Source: Spirochaetia bacterium
GTDB taxonomy: Bacteria; Spirochaetota; Spirochaetia; SP-2023
NCBI GenBank assembly: GCA_965225855.1
Contig: CBDDCK010000005.1
Coordinates: forward strand, 576,001 to 640,000
Direction: 5' to 3'
DNA length: 64,000 nt
In this document: one piece after another, positions 19,800 to 29,937 of the stretch
Numbering within the stretch: the stretch's first letter is position 1
Layout: every line of letters starts with the position of its first letter
Made by a program: the position numbers and the translations under genes
Notes under the pieces: model-generated
Database searches by the model: none
What the model was told of the DNA's origin: nothing
Seen by the model: only the letters and a program-made list of their open reading frames with translations

Positions 19800-21008
19800 A
19801 TGGTTTTTAAGTATATATTATTGCTGGTACTGGCTAACTGGCTGGGCTCACTTACAATAGAGGCCAAACAATTGCCCCCTTTACGCTTTAGTTTCGTTGG
19901 GGACATTATGGCCCACGATAGTAATTATAAGATGCGAGATTTTTCACGGATATATCAGTATATCAAGCCGTTATTGGAGCAAACGGAGCTAAATTTTGCC
20001 AACCTTGAATTTGTGATCGATAATAAACGGCCTTATTCTACTTATCCAGTCTTTAACGTCCATACAGAATATGTAGAGGCAGCTATTGATGCGGGCTTTA
20101 ATATCTTTTCTTTAGCCAACAACCATACTGCAGACTTTGGTTTAACAGGGGTTCGAGCCACAGAACAAAACAGTTATCGGCTGAAACAGCAATATCCTAG
20201 TTTGAGTTTTTCTGGCCTGCGCAGTGAAGGTAAAGCGCTTGACAGTTTTGCCATGGAGGCCATTGAGCAAAAGGGCTGGAATATTGGTTTTACTGCTGTA
20301 AGCATTTTAAGCAATAGCCAAAAGGGCATCGCTGGTATCCAGTATATTGATAGTAATGATGAAGATAAATTAAATGTATTCTACCACTGGCTGGCTAAGC
20401 AGCGGCCTAAATATGATTTGGTTGTAGTGAGTGTCCATGGAGGGTTGGAATACCAGTTCCAACCTTCTGAGAACAAACAGAAAATCATGCGGGCACTGGC
20501 ACGCTATGGGGCAGATATTGTCTGGGGACACCACCCGCATGTACAACAACCTTGGGAGATTTACCAAAACTTTGCCCAAGGCAATCATCAAGTCAATCAT
20601 CAAGTCAATCATCAAGTACAACAGCCAAAACGCAATTGGGCTTTGATTATGTATTCTCAAGGCAATTTCATTTCAGCCCAAACTATACGCACCAAGCCTA
20701 CAAAGCCGCAAGGTTTTTGGGCTGCTACGGGGGATTCGGTTTTATTACAAGTAGAAATTGCAAAAATAGACAGCAAGCTGCAATTGCGTAGTTTACAGCC
20801 ACAATTGCTTTCTACCATACGCTTAAAACCTTTTGCCTTTGCCGTTGTACCTATGGCAAACGCTGCCGAACAAATAGCCAAGCAAGGCTATTCTGGTTGG
20901 GCTAATTTTTATACACAACGACAACGTTGGCTAAAACAACGGGTAGCCCTTTGGCCCAAGCGTTACCACCCTAGTTTGTTCCAGCCTCTGGCTGTTCCAA
21001 TGCAATGA
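19800..21008 (+). CDS. CapA/PgsA family (poly-gamma-glutamate synthesis-like) metallophosphoesterase
   Basis: VGDIM, ANLEF, SLANNHTADFG, VHGGLEY, GHHPHVQQ, YSQGNF; N-terminal signal peptide. Confidence 0.88.
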   Translation: MVFKYILLLVLANWLGSLTIEAKQLPPLRFSFVGDIMAHDSNYKMRDFSRIYQYIKPLLEQTELNFANLEFVIDNKRPYSTYPVFNVHTEYVEAAIDAGFNIFSLANNHTADFGLTGVRATEQNSYRLKQQYPSLSFSGLRSEGKALDSFAMEAIEQKGWNIGFTAVSILSNSQKGIAGIQYIDSNDEDKLNVFYHWLAKQRPKYDLVVVSVHGGLEYQFQPSENKQKIMRALARYGADIVWGHHPHVQQPWEIYQNFAQGNHQVNHQVNHQVQQPKRNWALIMYSQGNFISAQTIRTKPTKPQGFWAATGDSVLLQVEIAKIDSKLQLRSLQPQLLSTIRLKPFAFAVVPMANAAEQIAKQGYSGWANFYTQRQRWLKQRVALWPKRYHPSLFQPLAVPMQ

Positions 21009-21114
21009 TCAATAGCTTTGGCGCTTTGGCTATATTGGGGCTATATTGGGCTTCCCTTTATTTACCAAGGCTGCAATAGGCCAACCAAGCATTGCTTACC
21101 GCAACAACCAAACC

Positions 21115-22704
21115 CTACTTAACTACTCTAATAGGATTGGTTGTGTCTTCTTTACTACCAGGTACAAATCCTGCTGCTGCTTCAAGGTTATATGGACCAT
21201 TAGCATCACGAACACCAGCCTTAACCAGTATCTTCTCGGCTTTGGCTTTTACAGTACCGCTTAAAATAATAGATAATTCTCCGTCGTCTATATTTTCTTC
21301 ATAAGAACCTGTGGCTGTGTTTTCACCTATTGAGTGCTTAGGTAATTGGTATCTCTTACTACCATCACCGGATACAAGCGTCAATTTGCTAAAGTCCCAC
21401 TCTTCAACTAAGTCCGGGAAACCGCTACCCTCAATATATAACTCGCCTGTATTAGCATAGTATTCTGCTCTGGTGATGCTGGCTGTATACCCAATAACGG
21501 TAATAGGATTGGTTGTGTCTTCAGCGCTACCACCTGCAAAGCCTGCTGCTGCTTCCAGGTTGTATGCACCATTAGCATCACTATCACCATCGTTAACCAG
21601 TATCTTATCGGCTTCCGCTTTTACACTACCCCTTAAAGTAATCTTTAAGCTTGTTGCACTTGCTGCAGAACCTGAGGCTATGTTGCTACCTAAAGTTGAG
21701 TGCCGGGGTAATGGGTATCTTTTACTACCATCACCGGATACAAGCGTCAATTTGCTAAAGTCCCAGCCTGTAACTGCTTTTGGTAAATTAGTACCTGTAA
21801 TCTTTAAGAAGCCTACACCAGCGAAGCCTGTAACAGCATTGTAGGTTGCACTGGTAATTGCGGGTGGGTTTCCACTAACGGCCAAGTCTTTGGCTGTATT
21901 TAAACCCGCCCAAGCACCAGTGCCAACGCTAAGCAACCCTTTTTTTAGACTATCGCTATCCATACCGGGCTTGCCATTCAGAGTAGCTTTATCGTCATCG
22001 GTAAGTTTCAGCCAAAGCGCTGTGCCATCTCTTTTAATACGGTATTTACCTTTTGCAAGACCACGACTATTTAGTCCAGTGGCTGTGGCATCTGCCATAT
22101 AGGAACTTAAGGCTAAGCCATCTACCACGATGGTTTGGATTTGTGCTTGGGTCGCACTACCTAAGTTAGTACCTTGTACGGTTAACAGAGCCGTGCCAAC
22201 ATCGTAGGTTGCACGGGTAATTGCGGAGTTACCACTAACAGTTAAGTCTTTGGCTGTATTTAAACCCGCCCAAGTACCAGAGCTAGTAAGCAACCCGACT
22301 TTTCTACCATCCTTATTCATACCGGGCTTGGCCTGAAGAGCAGCTTTATGTCGATCGGTAAGTCTAAGCCAAAGCGCTGTGCCATCGCTTTTAATACGGT
22401 ACTTACCTTGTTCAATACCGCTACTATCTGGCCCAGTCGGTTTGGCATCTGCAGTATAGGAATTTAAGGCTACGCCATTTCTTTGGCTTCCTACCACGAT
22501 GGTTTGGATTTGCGCTTGGGTCGCACTACCTAAGTGAGTACCTTGTACGGTTAACAGAGCCGTGCCAACATCATACATGGCGTTATTGATAGTCAGCTTA
22601 GACGGCCCAGAAGATGGCTTATCGTCATCGGGTGGGTCGCAGGCAAAGGCCATAAAGGCCAGTAGCCAGGCTACAGGCAATAAAAGTAGTTTGTGCTTAT
22701 TCAT
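21115..22704 (-). CDS. Modular surface lipoprotein (A-A-B-B), paralog of 8366-10435
   Basis: MNKHKLLLLPVAWLLAFMAFAC signal peptide; same A and B modules; no EQA stalk. Confidence 0.85.
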   Translation of the reverse strand: MNKHKLLLLPVAWLLAFMAFACDPPDDDKPSSGPSKLTINNAMYDVGTALLTVQGTHLGSATQAQIQTIVVGSQRNGVALNSYTADAKPTGPDSSGIEQGKYRIKSDGTALWLRLTDRHKAALQAKPGMNKDGRKVGLLTSSGTWAGLNTAKDLTVSGNSAITRATYDVGTALLTVQGTNLGSATQAQIQTIVVDGLALSSYMADATATGLNSRGLAKGKYRIKRDGTALWLKLTDDDKATLNGKPGMDSDSLKKGLLSVGTGAWAGLNTAKDLAVSGNPPAITSATYNAVTGFAGVGFLKITGTNLPKAVTGWDFSKLTLVSGDGSKRYPLPRHSTLGSNIASGSAASATSLKITLRGSVKAEADKILVNDGDSDANGAYNLEAAAGFAGGSAEDTTNPITVIGYTASITRAEYYANTGELYIEGSGFPDLVEEWDFSKLTLVSGDGSKRYQLPKHSIGENTATGSYEENIDDGELSIILSGTVKAKAEKILVKAGVRDANGPYNLEAAAGFVPGSKEDTTNPIRVVK

Positions 22705-23174
22705 AAGCAATACCTCCAAAAATGGGTAACGATTAACCAACCCATAACGTACTAGTGTAATATCGTGTTAGGGGGGAATTGAGTCAAGGTCCATATAAGA
22801 TTTTTGTAAGTTTTTTACAAGTTTTTGTGTGCTTTTTTTATGTTTGGGTACTTTTTTTGTGTGTTAGTGTTGTTTTTTAGTGTTATAAGGTGGTTCAAAA
22901 TCCATGCCAATCAAAAGGCTTAAGGGTGTTGGCCTTTGTTTGGCCTTTGTTTGGCCTTTGGGGGGTGGGAAAGTGTAGAATTGAATAAAATACTTGATTA
23001 CACCTCAATTACACTATCGGGCAATCTCCAAAAGGTGAAACATTTAATGAAAATGAAAACGGGATATTATTCTTTCAGGGGCGTTCAGAATTTGGCCAAC
23101 GATTGCCGATGATTGTTGTATAGGTCCTTGATTATGTGCCGATGTAGAAAATTTCATTAAAGACTAGGGTATTA

Positions 23175-23297
23175 ATAGGTGGGAAGTAAATCTATGGATA
23201 GATTTAGGTCAATTCTATCAATAGGTGGGAGGTAATTCTATGGATAGATTTAGGTCAATTCTATTATATAGATGCGAGATAATTCTATGGATAGAGG
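23175..23297. repeat. 46-47 bp tandem repeat (~2.6 copies) with internal palindrome
   Basis: Units start at 23175, 23221 and 23268; first unit contains TAAATCTAT-GG-ATAGATTTA. Confidence 0.85.
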
Positions 23298-23654
23298 GGG
23301 CTGGGGTATTTATTTATCGGTATTGTTCTGCTTTAGCCTTAGCTAAAATTTCTTTTACCAGCCGATTATTAATAATCGGCTGGCTATGTTTTAGGGTTTT
23401 TTTATCTGAAGCCCTTTCGCCTTTACCTTGCGGCTCTTCTGGGTATTTAGTCGGGGCTCTTCACGCAAAGAATTTTGACAATACAGTGTTTCTTGGTTTG
23501 TGGCTTTGGTTTGGGCTCACTGCGAAAATGGTCAGAATGGCAACAACCTAGCTGTTTTGCATTTCTGCAAAATAAAATTGACAGGAAACCTTTTTATCAA
23601 ATACTCACAAAATCAAAGTCTTTACTTGTTGGTTTTGAATTGGGGAGTGCAATT

Positions 23655-26600
23655 GTGAATATTTTGGCAGGTTTGATGTTGCTTATCCAAGTATTGCTAG
23701 ATTTTTATTTACGCTTCAGTAGCCCATTTATAGCATTGAGCCTACTTAGTTTAACTATTTTTATCACTATGCTGCCATTATATACATTGGGTGATTGGCT
23801 ATTGGCCCAAGAAAAGCAACGCAAAAGCAAAGTGCAACCAGAGCTTGATTCTATTGCAGGCTTGCCTAGTGGAAACCGCAAATATTTCTATACCAAAGAA
23901 ATATATCGCAGACATGGCTATAGCCCACTATATGCTTTAACAGGATTATTTGGTTTAGCTGTGCAAGTGCCGTTTTTCTTTGCTGCATATCGTGTACTGC
24001 ATGATTTTCAACCATTTGCAGGTTTCACTGTTGGCCCTTTCCATTTATCCAAACCAGATGCTTTATTACGATTTTCAGGGCTAAGCATCAACTTACTACC
24101 TATCATAATGACTTTGACCAATGTACTCTCATCATACTATCACGCAGAAAGTACCGAAGAAAAACGCAAAATTTGGTTTTTTCCTACATTGTTTTTGCTG
24201 TTGTTGTACCAGGAACCTGTGGCCTTGGTGTTTTACTGGAGCATGAACAATCTGTTTTCATTAATCAAAAACATATGCCATCGGCGCACGTTTGCAATTT
24301 CTGAATGTACTTGGGGCAAATTGCGCCGTATATTGAGCAGCGATATTGCGCTGGGCGCACACCTTGGGCTTTGTTGTTTTGCTGTAATCTTTGCTCTGCT
24401 GTATTTTCTATACACGGACAGCGATAACAACATACCTTCACTATGGATCAATACAGCTCTAATCCTACTGTTTTACTTAGGGCTCTACTATTTTTGTTTG
24501 TCTAACAGATATTATGTAAATAACGTAGGGGTTGAACTTATCAATCTTCAGCAATTTGGGAAAACCGCCAATTTATTGGTTTTGGCTCGGTGGTTGCAGA
24601 TAATATGCCTACTAGGTTCTTTGATTTTACAATTTGGGCTACTGTGCCTTGCTTGGTTGAGCGCACAAAGTGTACTGCAATTTGAGCTACAGCAAATTCT
24701 AAAATTTAGGCAAACAGTACAAACTTTGCGGCCTGTGGCCTTATTGCTAGAATTTTCTGCTGTTGTTCTGGGTTTGCTTTTGTTTGGCTATAAAAATGCC
24801 TTACTTTGGCCTGAAGTACATAATAAACTATTAAAAAAATCCCGCAGGAAGAGTACCAAATACCAAAAACTACAAAGTAATAATTTACGGCGTTATTTTC
24901 TTGCAGTAATGAGCATTTTAATTGCTATTTTTTGGGTTGTGCCTGCTCGTGTGTTTTCTAGCGACCCTGAAACTTTTGAAGGCAATACCAATTTGGCTTC
25001 TTTAGTAGCTAGCTTATTTTTATTCTTTCTTATTGTGTTGCTATTCTTTAGTATACTATATTTTATCTTACCGTTTAGTGCTAAATTTTACAGTTCTTAT
25101 TTGGCCACTATAGGGGCTTGGTTTCTCAATATCAACGTATTTTTGTTACCAGGACACTATGGAGCGATGGAGTTTACTTCATTTAAAAAACCATTGGAAA
25201 TTAGCAATAATACCATTGCAGCCAGTGCTTTGTTATTAGCTCTGTTATTTTTGATTTTACCGGCATTATATTTAAGCTGGCAGAAAAGTGCAGTACTAGA
25301 GAAAGTAAAACGCTTAGATCAAGCTTTAATCTTTTTCTTGGTGTTGCATGGCATCTCTATCATTACTAGCTTTTACAAAATAATCCAGTATCAAATGCAA
25401 ACGCAAAATATTGCTAAAGAAAAACTAGCCAAGGAAGCAAAAGGAGAATCTGAAAAAACGGTGGAGACCAACCAAAATTTAATTCAGTTGAGCCAAAATG
25501 GCCAGAACGCAATTATTTTGGTGTTGGACAAATTTATAGGAAGCATGGTGCCTGAAATCCTAAATGCTAACCCAACACTAGCCAAAATGCTGGACGGCTT
25601 TACTTATTATCCCAATACCGTTTCGCAGTCAAACCAAACTTATGGGGGCTTCCACCCGATTGTCGGGGGCAGTGAATATACCATAGAAAAAATGAACGAA
25701 AATGAACGTTCTTTGGCTACCGACATTGTGGAAGCCTTGACCATGATACCTAAAGCACTTAGCCAAAAGAGTCAAGCCCAGAACCAAGAGAACCAAGCAC
25801 AAGCCCAGCAATTTAATTTTTACTTTGTCAACGTGAAATACTTAATTATGCCTCGTGCACGAGGAGCGTTACAAGAACGCTTTGCTAGCTTGAAAATTAA
25901 AGAGCTGGAAACCAGTTTAGATTACAGCTTGTTGCCCAATCCAAAACAGGTGCGCAGCAACGCAGGAGGCAAACTCAAATGGCAAAACTTTCTGGCAATG
26001 CTTGGAGTCTTCCAAGTATTTGGCCCTATTTTTCGTGAAAAAATTTATGATGATGGCCGCTGGCTAAATACCCTGGGTAGTACAGATTTATGGGCTTCTA
26101 TTGCTTTTTGGGAACCCTACATTCAACTGTTGGGGTTACTACAATGGTTTGAGCCCGACAACAGTCTTGATGGTGCTTATGTTTTAATACATAACCATCT
26201 ACCACACAACACGACTTTTCATGATTCTTATAGTTATTTTGCCAACCAGAAAAATTTTGCATTTCCTTTGTCAAAAATACCCAATGCTTTGCAGCAAGAA
26301 GATACCAAGAATGGAAATAAAAGATTAGCTACGCTGTTTTTAGCCAATTATCAAACTTTGTATCTTATTGCCCAGTGGTTAGAAACATTAAAACAGCAAA
26401 GGCTCTACGACAATACCATAATTTATCTAGTATCCGATCACGGTGAACGCATAAAACAGCGATCGGCGAAAATGCCGTACCAATCGGCTTGGCACAGTTT
26501 GTACATGCATAAAGGGCTCAATGCCCGTGGGCAATTGAAAATTTCCAATGAGTTTCGCACGGTTGCCGATATTCCCGCAGAGTTTCTGCCCGAGTTTGGC

Positions 26601-26795
26601 GTTAGCTATAACCCTTATAGCGGCAGGAAATTAGAGCCTGTGCGCAGCGAGCCTATACCGCTCTATGATATTGTCAGCAACTTGGCCCGCAATGAACAAA
26701 AAGCAGGAAATGACCGCAAATATTTTATTAACGGTTTGTATTATTTGCACAATCGCAATATTTTTGACAATGCCAACTGGCAAAAACAAAAATAA
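23655..26795 (+). CDS. YidC/Oxa1-like N-terminal domain fused via multiple TM segments to an alkaline-phosphatase/sulfatase-like domain
   Basis: QVPFFFAAY, LSKPD, NLLPIIM, VFYWSMNNLFSL (YidC-like); LVLDKF, YYPNTVS..QT, HNHLPH, LVSDHG (sulfatase/LTA synthase-like); GTG start after GGGGAG assumed. Confidence 0.75.
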   Translation: MNILAGLMLLIQVLLDFYLRFSSPFIALSLLSLTIFITMLPLYTLGDWLLAQEKQRKSKVQPELDSIAGLPSGNRKYFYTKEIYRRHGYSPLYALTGLFGLAVQVPFFFAAYRVLHDFQPFAGFTVGPFHLSKPDALLRFSGLSINLLPIIMTLTNVLSSYYHAESTEEKRKIWFFPTLFLLLLYQEPVALVFYWSMNNLFSLIKNICHRRTFAISECTWGKLRRILSSDIALGAHLGLCCFAVIFALLYFLYTDSDNNIPSLWINTALILLFYLGLYYFCLSNRYYVNNVGVELINLQQFGKTANLLVLARWLQIICLLGSLILQFGLLCLAWLSAQSVLQFELQQILKFRQTVQTLRPVALLLEFSAVVLGLLLFGYKNALLWPEVHNKLLKKSRRKSTKYQKLQSNNLRRYFLAVMSILIAIFWVVPARVFSSDPETFEGNTNLASLVASLFLFFLIVLLFFSILYFILPFSAKFYSSYLATIGAWFLNINVFLLPGHYGAMEFTSFKKPLEISNNTIAASALLLALLFLILPALYLSWQKSAVLEKVKRLDQALIFFLVLHGISIITSFYKIIQYQMQTQNIAKEKLAKEAKGESEKTVETNQNLIQLSQNGQNAIILVLDKFIGSMVPEILNANPTLAKMLDGFTYYPNTVSQSNQTYGGFHPIVGGSEYTIEKMNENERSLATDIVEALTMIPKALSQKSQAQNQENQAQAQQFNFYFVNVKYLIMPRARGALQERFASLKIKELETSLDYSLLPNPKQVRSNAGGKLKWQNFLAMLGVFQVFGPIFREKIYDDGRWLNTLGSTDLWASIAFWEPYIQLLGLLQWFEPDNSLDGAYVLIHNHLPHNTTFHDSYSYFANQKNFAFPLSKIPNALQQEDTKNGNKRLATLFLANYQTLYLIAQWLETLKQQRLYDNTIIYLVSDHGERIKQRSAKMPYQSAWHSLYMHKGLNARGQLKISNEFRTVADIPAEFLPEFGVSYNPYSGRKLEPVRSEPIPLYDIVSNLARNEQKAGNDRKYFINGLYYLHNRNIFDNANWQKQK

Positions 26796-26796
26796 A

Positions 26797-28410
26797 CTAA
26801 TGGCCGTAAACTTTCATTAATATTTGTACTTCCCTAAAGTATTCGCCTAATTTGCCATGGTTCGTAGTTTCACCACCGATTGTTTCGTCAGTACGTTCTA
26901 GGGTAACTTTCCACTGGCCACCATTCGCTGCGGGGGAATGGGACCCTAAGTACAAATTATAGCCGGTAACAAATTTGAATTTTGGGTCTGGTATGGTAAA
27001 CCAAGCTGCATTGGTTGTTCTAATTAATTCATGTTTTTTATCTTTAGCGTCTGTTACGGTGATTGTGGCAAAATTGAGTCCAAGAGATCGCAGCTTATCT
27101 TTGACCAGGAGGAAATCCATGGTAAACTGGATAAATTCCACAAACTGAATCGTACTAGAACTTACAGGAATATCCACTTCCACGGTGTTCTGATTTGATT
27201 TTATGCTCATTTTTCTCGGTTGGTAATCTTCTACTATGATTGGCTGCGTGAGTGGCTGCCAAGTTTTAGCTAATGTTACCGCTGCGCCAGCATCGACAAG
27301 TCCAAAACCCAAATAAATATTGTATTGATAATTAGCAGATGAATATTTCTTTTGCCCCGTATCAGTCCAAGTGTATGTACTGAATTTACCGCTTTCTTTA
27401 CTGGCTGTTTCGGCTAGTATCAATTTGACATCTCTATAGGTTTAATTGGGATTGGCCTGCCGAATTAGTGCAGCTACCCCCGCAACCATAGGGCTAGCCG
27501 AAGATGTGCCGCCAAAATCTTTTCGGTAATTGCTTTTAGGTTCATCTCCGTCCGGGGCCATATTATCTGTGGTAATAATATCATCAGCGAAGGCAAAAAC
27601 CCAATGCTGAAGACTGAATTTTACCCTAAATGGAACTATGTTTCCCGTTTTATCTATACCCGAAACACTGATAACGCCATGGTGCGCTCCCATTATTTCG
27701 CCAGAACCATGGGAAAAAGAGAAATTGCCGCTTGAAGTTACATAGGAAGAACCTAAACCATTCCAGCCATTTTGAATACCTTTATCCAAAATGGTGAGAA
27801 TCGGCAAATCTTTCTCATCATATCTGCCGACATTGTTGAGCCCAAAGCTAAAATTGTACACGGCAATATCTTTACTACCTTGCGAAAAATAATCCCAATG
27901 ATCTCTCTGGTGGCCTTTGGGAGTAGTAAAGCCAAAGCCATAAATCTTGGCATGGGGGCAACGCCTATAATGCCTTTATCATTATGTTCTGCGGCGATAA
28001 TTCCCGCAATACTCGTTCCATGGTTTTTATCTGCTTGATAAGCACCCGCAGAGCCGATAGGGCAGGCTTTAGCTAGATTATTGCTATAATCCTCATGCCG
28101 AATATCCAGCATGTTATCAAAAACCGCTACCGTTATGCCTTTACCCATATAGCCTTGCAGCCAAGCACTTTCTACATTGATGTCTAAGCCCGCAGTGGCC
28201 CCATCTTGGCCGGTATTTTTTAAGTACCATTGTTCTGCATATAAAAGATTATTATTAAGTGTGTTAAAGTCTAAGCCCCCTTCACAGATGTCATTTATGG
28301 GCATTTTTTAGCAGATTTACTTTTGTAGGGTCTATTTTGGGCGAACGATCATCGTCCGAATCTAAACGATCACAAGAAAGTATAACCGAGATGACTATTA
28401 AAGCTTTCAT
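26797..28410 (-). pseudogene. Disrupted S8 subtilisin/kexin-like serine protease lipoprotein
   Basis: Signal peptide MKALIVISVILSC at 28410; triad motifs VAVFD, NHGTSIAGII, GTSSASPMVAG; GFGLVDAG; two homopolymer frameshifts and one in-frame TAA. Confidence 0.85.
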
Positions 28411-28435
28411 GAGGGTTACCTTCTTTAAAGAAAAG

Positions 28436-29116
28436 CTAAAATGAAACAAATGGATTATACTTCATCTCATAATCTATTGTGGTCTGCTCTCCATGCCCTG
28501 TAAACACAATCGTTTTTCTGGGCAAGCAGTATAAAGATTGCCGAATAGAAGCCGCAAGCAATTCAAAATCCCCACCAGGAAAATCACTGCGACCAACAGA
28601 GCCACGAAAAAGCTGATCACCAGCCATAACGCAAGCCGCTTTAGGGAAATAAAAAGCAACACCACCAGCCGTATGCCCCGGCATGGCATACACTTCAAAT
28701 TCAATTTTTCCAATGGAATGTTGTAAAAACAATTGATTCTCAAGCTTAGCATCAAATTCAATATCCAAAAAATGATCGATGCCAACGGGTTCAAAACTCA
28801 AACTGCCGGCAAATGCACTCATGATGTCAGGGGACTGGAATAGCAGACTATCATTGCGGCTGCCCCAAGTTTCAATTTGCAGAGCTTGCTTCATTGCGGC
28901 TGCCCCAGCCATATGATCCCAATGTCCATGCGTCAACAACAACGCCAGAGGTTCAAGCTCTTGTTGTTGCAGGAAATGTTGCACAAACCCCAAAGAATTT
29001 AATGGGGCATCTATAATCAAAGCTAGTCTGTTGGTATACAAAATATGAACATTGGTATTTATCGGCTCAAGTGCCATACTGGCAACATAAAAGCCGTTTT
29101 TCAGTTTAGTAATCAT
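28436..29116 (-). CDS. MBL-fold metallo-hydrolase (glyoxalase II-like)
   Basis: THGHWDH, PGHTAG, GDQLFRGSVGRSD, GHG. Confidence 0.92.
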   Translation of the reverse strand: MITKLKNGFYVASMALEPINTNVHILYTNRLALIIDAPLNSLGFVQHFLQQQELEPLALLLTHGHWDHMAGAAAMKQALQIETWGSRNDSLLFQSPDIMSAFAGSLSFEPVGIDHFLDIEFDAKLENQLFLQHSIGKIEFEVYAMPGHTAGGVAFYFPKAACVMAGDQLFRGSVGRSDFPGGDFELLAASIRQSLYCLPRKTIVFTGHGEQTTIDYEMKYNPFVSF

Positions 29117-29138
29117 ATAATTTATAAAACTTTAGGAT

Positions 29139-29924
29139 TCATATATTTTCCTGTCTGTTCATTGTATAAGGCATTGTATGATAAACAAAACATAAAAGTA
29201 GTATCGCCAATAAAATTAAGCTAATGTTCCAGTATGCATTAAATATCAAGGCAACAGAGGAAATTATACTCAATAAAATAAAAGCAAGTGCAAGGTAAAG
29301 TAAAGTAAGGCAAATAGAACGGATACGAATTACCAATTGGGGATACCTTACGGATTGTAAAGACGTAATTGCAAAGGCACAAAATTGTGCAAATAACAGT
29401 CTTGAAAGAGGTTGAAAAAATAAATCTTTTTCTGTGGGTATAGGGCTAAGCAACAAAAAATCGTGGAAATTCGCCGCAAAAAAATAACCCGAAGCCCAAC
29501 TAAAAATTTCATTGAAACGAGCTACTGTATATTGAAATTTTTTAGAAGGCTTTCCATTATTTGGTTGTATTGTCGTAGTGTTATTAGAATCATTGCGGGC
29601 AGCTTGATTGTAGCGATGCAAAATAAGCAACAACAACATTATCAGAGCAAAGAGACGAAAATAAACTTCCCTAGATGTGAACAATTGTGAAAAAAGTATT
29701 GTGGAAATATTCCAGCTAAAAGAAACTACATCAGGTATAATTCGAGAAAAAATAAATACGGGTATGTAAGCTAACATACCCCAAAAATAATGCCGCAAAA
29801 CACAAACAAAATGAATTGGATAAAAGTGCTGGAGAGAACAAATAAAAATATAAAGATAGAAAGGAATACAAATTAGCAGAAACAAAGACATAAAATAGCA
29901 ATATACTTGATGTTCAGTAATCAA
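29139..29924 (-). CDS. Hypothetical multi-pass membrane protein
   Basis: 261-aa ORF with several hydrophobic segments; same strand as neighbours. Confidence 0.65.
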   Translation of the reverse strand: MITEHQVYCYFMSLFLLICIPFYLYIFICSLQHFYPIHFVCVLRHYFWGMLAYIPVFIFSRIIPDVVSFSWNISTILFSQLFTSREVYFRLFALIMLLLLILHRYNQAARNDSNNTTTIQPNNGKPSKKFQYTVARFNEIFSWASGYFFAANFHDFLLLSPIPTEKDLFFQPLSRLLFAQFCAFAITSLQSVRYPQLVIRIRSICLTLLYLALAFILLSIISSVALIFNAYWNISLILLAILLLCFVYHTMPYTMNRQENI

Positions 29925-29937
29925 TAAGCAATACGAA

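Noticed and set aside
8366..22704. Diversity-generating retroelement or shufflon
   Set aside because: No reverse transcriptase or recombinase in the window, and differences between paralogs are not evidently confined to adenines.
23175..23297. CRISPR array (palindromic repeat)
   Set aside because: Sequences between the palindromes are themselves repeated, and there are fewer than three full units.
27442..27444. Programmed readthrough (Sec/Pyl) in the protease
   Set aside because: The codon is TAA at a Leu-expected position, and other genes use TAA as a normal stop.
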